This document shows, in pieces, positions 50,460 through 62,900 of a stretch of DNA of 64,000 bases. The DNA is from Camelus dromedarius (Eukaryota), in NCBI RefSeq assembly GCF_036321535.1, contig NC_087436.1:1612001-1676000 (forward strand), read 5' to 3'. Positions within the stretch are counted from its first letter, which is position 1, and each line of letters starts with the position of its first letter. Both the position numbers and the translations under genes were made by a program. A model generated the notes under the pieces. That model had not been told where the DNA came from. It saw only the letters and a list, made by a program, of their open reading frames with translations, and did no database searches.

Positions 50460-53400
50460 ACTGAGCATGTGGAGAGACGTTCGTTCATCTAGCACAAAGG
50501 GAACGGTTTGCAGGAGAAACTTTTACTCTGGTTTCTCAGTCTGTTTCCTAGTAACGGTTTGAATTTCCTGCATTTTTCACTGTAAAACCGAGTTGGAGCT
50601 TGTACCTCCCCATATATATATATGGAGTGGAGTTTGCAACTTAAAAGAAACTTTGTATTCCCAACAAGTTAGGTGAAGGACGGCTTTCACACACACTTAT
50701 CTCTCAGAACTGAGCATGTGGAGAGACGTTCGTTCATCTAGCACAAAGGGTATGTGTTGCAGGAGAAACTATTACTCTGTTTTCTCAGTGTGTTTCCTAG
50801 TGCCAGTTTGAATTTCCTGCAGTTTTCACTGTAAAACAGAGTTGGAGTTATTACCTCCCCATATATATGTATGGAGTGGAGTTTGCAACTGAAAAGAATC
50901 TTTGTGTTCCCAACAAGCTAGGTGAAGTACGGCTTTCACACACAATTATCTCTCAGAACTGCGCATGTGGAGAGACGTTCGTTCATCTAGCACAAAGGGA
51001 ACGGGTTGCAGGAGAAACTTTTACTCTGGTTTCTCAGTCTGTTTCCTAGTGCCGATTTGAAGTTCCAGCAGTTTTCACTGTAAAACCGAGATGGTGCTAG
51101 TACCTCCTCATATATATGTATGGAGTGGAGTTTGCAACTGAAAAGAAACTTTGTGTTCCTAACAAGAAAGGTGAAGGACGGCTTTCATACACACTTATCT
51201 CTCAGAACTGAGCATGTGGAGTGACGTTCGTTCATCTAGCACAAATGGAACGGGTTGCAGGTGATACTTTTACTCTGGTTTCTCCGTCTGTTTCCTACTG
51301 CCGGTTTGAAGTTCCTGCAGTTTACACTGTAAAACTGAGTTGGAGCTAGTACCTACCCATATATATGTATGGAGTGGAGTTTGCAACTGAAAAGAAACAT
51401 TGTGTTCCCAACAAGCTAGGTGAAGTGCGGCTTTCACACACACTTATCTCTCAGAACTGAGTATGTGGAGAGACGATCGTTCATCAAGCAAAATAGGAAC
51501 GGGTTGCAGGAGAAACTTTTACTCTGGTTTCTCAGTCTGATTCTTAGTGCCGTTTTGAAGTTCCTGCAGTTTTCACTTTAAAAACGAATTGGAGCTAGTA
51601 CCTACCCATATATATGTATGGAGTGGAGTTTGCAACTGAAAAGAATCTTTGTGTTCCCAACAAGCTAGGTGAAGGACGGATTTCACACACACTTATCTCT
51701 CAGAACTGAGCATGTGGAGAGACGTTCGTTCATCTAGCAAAAAGGGAACTGGTTGCAGCTGAAAATTTTACTCTGGTTTCTCAGACTGTTTCCTACGGCC
51801 TGTTTGAATTTCCTGCAGTTTTCACTGTAAAATCGAGTTGGAGCTAGTACCTCCCCATATATATGTATGGAGTGGAGTTTGCAACTGAAAAGAAACTTTG
51901 TGTTCAGTACAAGCTAGGTGAAGGACGGCTTTCATACACACTTATCTCTCAGAACTGAGCATGTGGAGAGACCTTCGTTTATCTAGCACAAAGTGTATGG
52001 GTTGCAGGAGAAACTATTACTCTGGTTTCTCTGTGTTTTTCCTAGTGCCAGTTTGAATTTCCTGCAGTTTTCTCTGTAAAATAGAGTTGGAGTTATTACC
52101 TCCCAATATATATGTATGGAGTGGAGTTTGCAACTGAAAAGAAACTTTGTGTTCCCAACAAGCTAGGTGAAGGACGGCTTTCACACACACTTATCTCTCA
52201 GAACTGAGCATGTGGAGAGACGTTCGTTCATGTAGCACAAATGGAAAGGGTTGCAGGAGAAACTTTTACTCTGGTTTCTCAGTCTGTTTCCTACTGCCGG
52301 TTTGATGTTCCTGCAGTTTTCACTGTAAAACCGAGTTGGAGCTCGTACCTCCCCATATATATGTAAGGAGTGATGTTTGCAAGTGAAAAGAAACTTTGTG
52401 TTCCCAGCAAGCTAGGTGAAGGATGGCTTTCAAACACACTTATCTCTGAGAACTGAGCATGTGGAGAGACGTTCGTTCATCTAGCACAAAGGGAACGGTT
52501 TGCAGGAGAAACTTATACTCTGGTTTCTCAGTCTGTTTCCTACTGCCTGTTTGAAGTTCCTGCACTTTTCACTGTAAACCGAGTTGGAGCTCGTACCTCC
52601 CCATATATATGTATGGAGTGGAGTTTGTAAGTGAAAAGAAACTTTGTGTTCCCAACAATCTAGGTTAATGATGGCTTTCAAACACACTTATCTCTGAGAA
52701 CTGAGCATGTGGAGAGACGTTCGTTCATCTAGCACATAGGGAACTGTTTGAAGGAGAAAATTTTACTCTCGATTCTCTGTCTGATTCCTACTGCCGGTTT
52801 GAAGTTAGTGCAGTTTTCACTGTAAAACTGAGTTGAAGTTAGAACCTCCCCATATATATGTATGGAGTGTAGTTTGCAACTGAAAAGAAACTTTGTGTTC
52901 CCAACAAGCTATGTGAAGGACGGCTTTCACACACACTTATCTCTCAAAACTGAGCATGTGGAGAGACGTATGTTCATCTAGCACAAAGGGAAAGGTTTGC
53001 AGGAGAAACTTTTCCTCAGGTTTCTCAGTCTGTTTCCTAATGCCGGTTTGAAGTTCTTGCAGGTTTCACTGTAAAACCGAGTTTGAGCTAGTACCTCCCA
53101 ATATATATGTATGGAGTGGGGTTTCAACTGAAAAGAAACTTTGTGTTCCCAACAAGCTAGCTGAAGGCGGCTTTAACACACACTTATCTCTCAGAACAGA
53201 GCATGTGGAGAGACGTTTGTTCATCTAGCACAAATGGAACGGGTTGCAGGAGAAAATTTTAGTCTGGTTTCTCAGTCTGTTTCCTAGTGCCGGTTTGAAG
53301 TTCCTGCAGTTTTCTCTGTAAAACCGAGTTGGAGCTAGTACCTCCCCATATATATGTATGGATTGGATTTGCAACTGAAAAGAAACTTTGTGTTCCCAAC

Positions 53401-55190
53401 AAGCTAGGTGAACGACGGCTTTCACACACACTTATCTCTCAGAAATGACCATGTGGAGAGACTTTCGTTCATCTAGCACAAAGGGAACGGGTTGCAGGAG
53501 AAACTTTTACTCTGGTTTCTCAGTCTGTTTCCTACTGCCGGTTTGAAGTTCCTGCAGTTTTCACTGTATAACCGATTTGGAGCTAGTACCTCCCCATATA
53601 TATGTATGGAGTGGAGTTTGCAAGTGAAAAGAAACATTGTGTTCCCAACAAGCTAAGTGAAGAACGGCTTTCACACACACTTATCTCTCAGAACTTAGCA
53701 TGTGGAGAGACGTTCGTACATCTAGCACAATCGGAACGGGTTGCAGGAGAAACTTTTACTCTGGTTTCTCAGTCTGTTTCCTAGTGCCGGTTTGAAGTTC
53801 CTGCAGTTTTCACTGTAAAAGCGAGTTGAAGTTAGTACATCCCCATATATATGTATGGATTGGACTTTGCAACTGAAAAGAATTTTTGTGTTCCCAACAA
53901 GCTAGGTGAAGGACGGCTTTCACACACACTTATCTCTCAGAACTGAGCATGTGGAGAGACGTTCATTCATCTAGCACAAATGGAACGGGTTGCAGGAGGA
54001 ACTTTTACTCTGGTTTCTCAGTCTGTTTCCTACTGTCTGTTTGAAGTTCCTGCAGTTTTCACTGTAAAACCGAGTTGGAGCTAGTACCTACCCTTTTATA
54101 TGTATGGAGTGGAGTTTGCAACTGAAAAGAAACTTTGTATTCAGTACAAGCTAGGTGAAGGACGGCTTTCACACACACTTATCTCTCAGATCTGAGCATG
54201 TGGAGAGACGTTAGTTCATCTAGCACAAATGAAATGGGTTGTAGTAGAAACTTTTACTCAGGATTCTCAGTCTGTTTCCTAGTGCCGGTTTGATGTTCCT
54301 GCAGTTTTCACTGTAAAACAGAGTTGGAGCTATTACCTCCCCATATATATGTATGGAGCGGAGTTTGCAACTGAAAAGATACTTGTGTTCAGAAAAATCT
54401 AGGTGAAAGACGGCTTTCACACGCATTTATCTCTCAGAACTGAGCATGTGGAGAGACGTACGTTCATCTAGCATAAAGGGAAAGGGATGGAGGTGAAACT
54501 TTTTCTCTGGTTTCTCAGTCTGTTTCCTAGTGCCGGTTTGAAGTTCTAGCAGTTTTCACTGTAAATCCGATTTGGTGCTAGTACCACCCCATTTATATGT
54601 ATGGAGTGGAGTTTGCAACTGAAAAGAAACTTTGTGTTCCCAACAAGCTAGGTGAAGGACGGATTTCACACACAATTATCTCTCAGAACTGAGCATGTGG
54701 AGTGACGTTCGTTCATCTAGCACAAAGGAAACTCTTTTCAGGAGAAACTTGTACTCTGGTTTCTCAGTCTGTTTCCTAGTGCCAGTTTGAAGTTCCTGCA
54801 TTTTTCACTGTAAAACCGATTTGGAGCTAGTACCTCCCCATATATATTTATGGAGTGGAGTTTGCAAGTGAAAAGAAACATTGTGTTCCCCACAAGCTAA
54901 GGGAAGGACGGCTTTCACACACACTTATCTCTCAGAACTGAGCATGTGGAGAGACGTTCGTTCATCTAGCAATAGGAACGGGTTTCAGGAGAAACTTTTA
55001 CTCTGGTTTCTTAGTCTGTTTCCTAGTGCCGGCTTTAAGTTCCTGCAGTTTTCACTGTAAAACGAGTTGGAGTTTGTACCTCCCCATATATATGTACTGA
55101 TAGCAGTTTGCAACTGAAAAGAAACTTTGTGTTCCCAACAACCTAGTTGAAGAACGGCTTTCACACACAATTATCTCTCAGAACTGAGCA
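50460..55190. repeat. Dispersed ~19-monomer block duplication, copy 2
   Basis: Same colinear rare variants as 42260-46975, with one monomer more near 51.5 kb and one monomer fewer near 54.1 kb. Confidence 0.87.
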
Positions 55191-56919
55191 TGTGGAGAGA
55201 CGTTCGTTCATCTAGCACAAAGGGAATTTGTTGCAGGAGAAACTTTTACTCTGGTTTCTCAGTCTGTTTCCTACTGACGGTTTGAATTTCCTGCAGTTTT
55301 CACTGTAAAACGGATTTGAAGCTAGTACCTCCCCATATATATATATGGAGTGGAATTTGCAACTGAAAAGAAACTTTGTGTTCCCAACAAGCTAGGTGAA
55401 GGACGGCTTTCACACACACTTATCTCTCAGAACTGAGCATGTGGAGAGACTTTCGTTCATCTAGCACAAAGGAAACGCGTTGCAATTGAAAATTTTACTC
55501 TGGTTTCTCAGACTGTTTCCTACTGCCGGTATGAAGTTCCTGCAATTTTCACTGTAAAAACGAGTTGGAGCTAGTACCTCCCCATATATATTTATTGAGT
55601 GGAGTTTGCAACTGAAAAGAAACTTTGTGTTCCCAACAATCTAGGTGAAGGACGGATTTCACACACACTTATCTCTCAGAATTGAGCATGTGGAGAGACG
55701 TTCGTTCATCTAGCACAAAGGGAATGGGTTGCAGGTGAAACTTTTACTCTGGTTTCTCAGTCTGTTTCCTAGTGCCGGTTTGAACTTCCTGCAGTATTCA
55801 CTGTAAAACAGATTTGGAGCTAGTACCTCCCCATATATATATATGGAGTGGAGTTTGCAACTTAAAAGAAACTTTGTGTTCCCAACAAGTTAGGTGAAGG
55901 ACGGCTTTCACACACACTTTTCTCTCAGAACTGAGCATGTGGAGAGACGTTCGTTTATCTAGCACAAAGGGTATGGGTTGCAGGAGAAACTATTACTCTG
56001 GTTTCTCAGTGTGTTTCCTAGTGCCAGTTTGAATTTCCTGCAGTTTTCACTGTAAAACAGAGTTGGAGTTATTACCTCCCCATATATATGTATGGAGTGG
56101 AATTTGCAACTGAAAAGAAACTTTGTGTTCCCAACAAGCTAGGTGAAGGACGGCTTTCACACACAATTTTCTCTCAGAACTGAGCATGTGGAGAGACGTT
56201 CGTTCATCTAGCACAAAGGGAACGGGTTGCAGGTGAAACTTTTACTCTGGTTTCTCAGTCTGTTTCCTAGTGCCGATTTGAAGTTCCAGCAGTTTTCACT
56301 GTAAAACAGAGATGCTGTTATTACCTCCTCATATATATGTATGGAGTGGAGTTTGCAACTGAAAAGAAACTTTGTGTTCCTAACAAGCTAGGTGAAGTTC
56401 GGCTTTCATACACACTTATCTCTCAGAACTGAGCATGTGGAGTGACGTTCGTTCATCTAGCACAAATGGAACGGGTTGCAGGAGAAACTTTTACTCTGGT
56501 TTCTCAGTCTGTTTCCTACTGCCGGTTTGATGTTCCTGCAGATTTCACTGTAAAACCGAGTGGAGCTCGTACCTCCCCATATATATGTATGGAGTGGTGT
56601 TTGCAAGTGAAAAGAAACTTTGTGTTCCCAACAAGCTAGGTGAAGGATGGCTTTCATACACACTTATCTCTGAGAACTGAGCATGTGGAAAGACGTTCGT
56701 TCATCTAGCACAAAGGGAACTGTTTGAAGGAGAAACTTTTACTCTGGTTTCTCTGTATGTTTCCTACTGCCGGTTTGAAGTTCCTGCAATTTTCACTGTA
56801 AAACCGTGTTGGAGCTTGTACCTCCCCATATATATGTATGGAATGGAGTTTGCAACTGAAAAGAAACTTTATGTTCCCAACAAGCTAGGTGAAGGACGGC
56901 TTTCACACACACTTATCTC

Positions 56920-59900
56920 TCAGAACTGAGCATGTGGAGAGACGATCGTTCATCTAGCACAAAGGGAACGGGTTGCAGGAGAAACTTTTACTCTGGTTTC
57001 TCAGTCTGTATCCTAGTACCGGTTTGAAGTTCCTGCAGTTTTAACTGTAAACAGATTTGGAGATAGTACATCCCCATATATATGTATGGAGTGGAATTTG
57101 CAACTGGAAAGGAACTTTGTGTTCAGTACAAGCTAGGTGAAGGACGGTTTCATACACAATTATCTCTCATAACTGAGCATGTGGAGAGACGTTCGTTCAT
57201 CTAACACAAAGGGAACGGTTTGCAGGAGAAACTTTTACTCTGGTTTCTCAGTCTGTTTCTTAGTAACGGTTTGAATTTCCTGCATTTTTCACTGTAAAAC
57301 CGAGTTGGAGCTAGTACCTCCCCATATATATATATGGAGTGGAGCTTGCAACTTAAAAGAAACTTTGTGTTCCCAACAAGTTAGGTGAAGGACGGCTTTC
57401 ACACACACTTATCTCTCAGAACTGAGCATGTGGAGAGACGTTCGTTTATCTAGAACAAAGGGTATGGGTTGCAGGAGAAACTATTTCTCTGGTTTCTCAG
57501 TGTGTTTCCTAGTGCCATTTTGAATTTCCTGCAGTTTTCACTGTAAAACAGAGTTGGAGTTATTACCTCCCCATATATATGTATGGAGTGGAGTTTGCAA
57601 CTGAAAATAAACTTTGTGTTCCCAACAAGCTAGGTGAAGGACGGCTTTCACACACAATTATCTCTCAGAACTGAGCATGTGGAGAGAAGTTCGTTCATCT
57701 AGCACAAAGGGAACTGTTTGAAGGAGAAACTTTTACTCTGGTTTCTCAGTCTGTTTCCTACTGACGGTTTGAATTTCCTGCAGTTTTCACTGTAAAACGG
57801 ATTTGGAGCTAGTACCTCCCCATATATATATATGGAGTGGAATTTTTAACTGAAAAGAAACTTTGTGTTCCCAACAAGCTAGGTGAAGGACGGCTTTCAC
57901 ACACACTTATCTCTCAGAACTGAGCATGTGGAGAGACTTTCGTTCATCTAGCACAAAGGGAACGTGTTGCAAGTGAAAATTTTACTCTGGTTTCTCAGAC
58001 TGTTTCCTACTGCCTGTTTGAAGTTCCTGCATTTTTCACTGTAAAACCGAGTTGGAGCTAGTACCTCCCCATATATATGTATGGAGTGGAGTTTGCAACT
58101 GAAAAGAAACTTTGTGTTCCCAACAATCTAGGTGAAGAACGGATTTCACACACACTTATCTCTCAGAATTGAGCATGTGGAGAGACGTTCGTTCATCTAG
58201 CACAAAGGGAATGGGTTGCAGGTGAAACTATTACTCTGGTTTCTCAGTCTGTTTCCTAGTGCCGGTTTGAACTTAATGCAGTATTCACTGTAAAACAGAT
58301 TTGGAGCTAGTACCTCCCCATATATATATATGGAGTGGAGTTTGCAACTTAAAAGAAACTTTGTGTTCCCAACAAGTTAGGTGAAGGACGGCTTTCACAC
58401 ACACTTATCTCTCAGAACTGAGCATGTGGAGAGACGATCGTTCATCTAGCACAAAGGGAACGGGTTGCAGGAGAAACTTTTACTCTGGTTTCTCAGTCTG
58501 TATCCTAGTACCGGTTTGAAGTTCCTGCAGTTTTAACTGTAAACAGATTTGGAGATAGTACATCCCCATATATATGTATGGAGTGGAATTTGCAACTGGA
58601 AAGGAACTTTGTGTTCAGTACAAGCTAGGTGAAGGACGGTTTCATACACAATTATCTCTCATAACTGAGCATGTGGAGAGACGTTCGTTCATCTAACACA
58701 AAGGGAACGGTTTGCAGGAGAAACTTTTACTCTGGTTTCTCAGTCTGTTTCTTAGTAACGGTTTGAATTTCCTGCATTTTTCACTGTAAAACCGAGTTGG
58801 AGCTAGTACCTCCCCATATATATATATGGAGTGGAGCTTGCAACTTAAAAGAAACTTTGTGTTCCCAACAAGTTAGGTGAAGGTCGGCTTTCACACACAC
58901 TTATCTCTCAGAACTGAGCATGTGGAGAGACGTTCGTTTATCTAGAACAAAGGGTATGGGTTGCAGGAGAAACTATTTCTCTGGTTTCTCAGTGTGTTTC
59001 CTAGTGCCATTTTGAATTTCCTGCAGTTTTCACTGTAAAACAGAGTTGGAGTTATTACCTCCCCATATATATGTATGGAGTGGAGTTTGCAACTGAAAAG
59101 AAACTTTGTGTTCCCAACAAGCTAGGTGAAGGACGGCTTTCACACACAATTATCTCTCAGAACTGAGCATGTGGAGAGAAGTTCGTTCATCTAGCACAAA
59201 GGGAACGGGTTGCAGGAGAAACTTTTACTCTGGTTTCTCAGTCTGTTTCCTAGTGCCGATTTGAAGTTCCAGCAGTTTTCACTGTAAAACAGAGATGGTG
59301 TTAGTACCTCCTCATATATATGTATGGAGTGGATTTTGCAACTGAAAAGAAACTTTGTGTTCCTAACAAGCTAGGTGAAGTTCGGCTTTCATACACACTT
59401 ATCTCTCAGAACTGAGCATGTGGAGTGACGTTCGTTCATCTAGCACAAATGGAACGGGTTTCAGGAGAAATTTTACTCTGGTTTCTCAGTCTGTTTCCTA
59501 CTGCCGGTTTGATGTTCCTGCAGTTTTCACTGTAAAACCGAGTTGGAGCTCGTACCTCCCCATATATATGTATGGAGTGGTGTTTACAAGTGAAAAGAAA
59601 CTTTGTGTTCCCAACAAGCTAGGTGAAGGATGGCTTTCAAACACACTTATCTCTGAGAACTGAGCATGTGGAAAGACGTTCGTTCATCTAGCACAAAGGG
59701 AACTGGTTGAAGGAGAAACTTTTACTCTGGTTTCTCTGTATGTTTCCTACTGCCGGTTTGAATTTCGTGCAGTATTCACTGTAAAACCGAGTTGGAGCTT
59801 GTACCTCCCCATATATATGTATGGAGTAGAGTTTGCAACTGAAAAGAATCTTTGTGTTCCAAACAAGCTAGGTGAAGGACGGCTTTCACACACAATTATC

Positions 59901-62900
59901 TCTACGAACTGAGCATGTGGAGAGACTTTCGTTCATCTAGCACAAAGGGAACGGGTTGCAGGAGAATCTTATACTCTGGTTTCTCAGTCTGTTTCCTACT
60001 GCCGTTTTGAAGTTCCTGCAGTTTTCACTGTAAAACCGAGTGGGAGCTCGTACCTCCCCATATATATGTATGGAGAGGTGTTTGCAAGTGAAAAGAAACT
60101 TTGTGTTCTCAACAAGCTAGGTGAAGGATGGCTTTCAAACACACTTATCTCTGAGAACTGAGCATGTGGAGAGAAGTTCGTTCATCTAGCACAAAGGGAA
60201 CTGTTTGAAGGAGAAACTTTTACTCTGGTTTCTCTGTCTGTTTCCTACTGACGGTTTGAAGTTCCTGCAGTTTTCACTGTAAAACCGAGTTGGAGCTAGT
60301 ACCTCCCCATATATATTTATGGAGTGGAGTTTGCAAGTGAAAAGAAACATTGTGATCCCAACAAGCTAGGTGAATTAAGGCTTTCACACACACTTATCTC
60401 TCAGAACTGAGCATGTGGAGAGACGATCGTTCATCTAGCACAAAGGGAACGGGTTGCAGGAGAAACTTTTACTCTGGTTTCTCAGTCTGTATCCTAGTAC
60501 CGTTTTGAAGTTCCTGCAGTTTTCACTGTGAACAGATTTGGAGATAGTACATCCCCATATATATGTATGGAGTGGAATTTGCAACTGGAAAGGAACTTTG
60601 TGTTCAGTACAAGCTAGGTGAAGGACGGTTTCATACACAATTATCTCTCATAACTGAGCATGTGGAGAGACGTTCGTTCATCTAACACAAAGGGAACGGT
60701 TTGCAGGAGAAACTTTTACTCTGGTTTCTCAGTCTGTTTCTTAGTAACGGTTTGAATTTCCTGCATTTTTCACTGTAAAACCGAGTTGGAGCTAGTACCT
60801 CCCCATATATATATATGGAGTGGAGCTTGCAACTTAAAAGAAACTTTGTGTTCCCAACAAGTTAGGTGAAGGACGGCTTTCACACACACTTATCTCTCAG
60901 AACTGAGCATGTGGAGAGACGTTCGTTTATCTAGAACAAAGGGTATGGGTTGCAGGAGAAACTATTTCTCTGGTTTCTCAGTGTGTTTCCTAGTGCCATT
61001 TTGAATTTCCTGCAGTTTTCACTGTAAAACAGAGTTGGAGTTATTACCTCCCCATATATATGTATGGAGTGGAGTTTGCAACTGAAAAGAAACTTTGTGT
61101 TCCCAACAAGCTAGGTGAAGGACGGCTTTCACACACAATTATCTCTCAGAACTGAGCATGTGGAGAGAAGTTCGTTCATCTAGCACAAAGGGAACGGGTT
61201 GCAGGAGAAACTTTTACTCTGGTTTCTCAGTCTGTTTCCTAGTGCCGATTTGAAGTTCCAGCAGTTTTCACTGTAAAACAGAGATGGTGTTAGTACCTCC
61301 TCATATATATGTATGGAGTGGATTTTGCAACTGAAAAGAAACTTTGTGTTCCTAACAAGCTAGGTGAAGTTCGGCTTTCATACACACTTATCTCTCAGAA
61401 CTGAGCATGTGGAGTGACGTTCGTTCATCTAGCACAAATGGAACGGGTTTCAGGAGAAATTTTACTCTGGTTTCTCAGTCTGTTTCCTACTGCCGGTTTG
61501 ATGTTCCTGCAGTTTTCACTGTAAAACCGAGTTGGAGCTCGTACCTCCCCATATATATGTATGGAGTGGTGTTTACAAGTGAAAAGAAACTTTGTGTTCC
61601 CAACAAGCTAGGTGAAGGATGGCTTTCAAACACACTTATCTCTGAGAACTGAGCATGTGGAGAGAAGTTCGTTCATCTAGCACAAAGGGAACTGTTTGAA
61701 GGAGAAACTTTTACTCTGGTTTCTCAGTCTGTTTCCTACTGACGGTTTGAATTTCCTGCAGTTTTCACTGTAAAACGGATTTGGAGCTAGTACCTCCCCA
61801 TATATATATATGGAGTGGAATTTTTAACTGAAAAGAATCTTTGTGTTCCCAACAAGCTAGGTGAAGGACGGCTTTCACACACACTTATCTCTCAGAACTG
61901 AGCATGTGGAGAGACTTTCGTTCATCTAGCACAAAGGGAACGTGTTGCAAGTGAAAATTTTACTCTGGTTTCTCAGTCCTTTTCCTAGTGCCTGTTTGAA
62001 GTTCCTGCATTTTTCACTGTAAAACCAAGTTGGAGCTAGTACCTCCCCATATATATGTATGGAGTGGAGTTTGCAACTGAAAAGAAACTTTGTGTTCCCA
62101 ACAATCTAGGTGAAGAACGGATTTCACACACACTTATCTCTCAGAATTGAGCATGTGGAGAGACGTTCGTTCATCTAGCACAAAGGGAATGGGTTGCAGG
62201 TGAAACTATTACTCTGGTTTCTCAGTCTGTTTCCTAGTGCCGGTTTGAACTTAATGCAGTATTCACTGTAAAACAGATTTGGAGCTAGTACCTCCCCATA
62301 TATATATATGGAGTGGAGTTTGCAACTTAAAAGAAACTTTGTGTTCCCAACAAGTTAGGTGAAGGACGGCTTTCACACACACTTATCTCTCAGAACTGAG
62401 CATGTGGAGAGACGATCGTTCATCTAGCACAAAGGGAACGGGTTGCAGGAGAAACTTTTACTCTGGTTTCTCAGTCTGTATCCTAGTACCGTTTTGAAGT
62501 TCCTGCAGTTTTCACTGTAAACAGATTTGGAGATAGTACATCCCCATATATATGTATGGAGTGGAATTTGCAACTGGAAAGGAACTTTGTGTTCAGTACA
62601 AGCTAGGTGAAGGACGGTTTCATACACAATTATCTCTCATAACTGAGCATGTGGAGAGACGTTCGTTCATCTAACACAAAGGGAACGGTTTGCAGGAGAA
62701 ACTTTTACTCTGGTTTCTCAGTCTGTTTCTTAGTAACGGTTTGAATTTCCTGCATTTTTCACTGTAAAACCGAGTTGGAGCTAGTACCTCCCCATATATA
62801 TATATGGAGTGGAGCTTGCAACTTAAAAGAAACTTTGTGTTCCCAACAAGTTAGGTGAAGGACGGCTTTCACACACACTTATCTCTCAGAACTGAGCATG

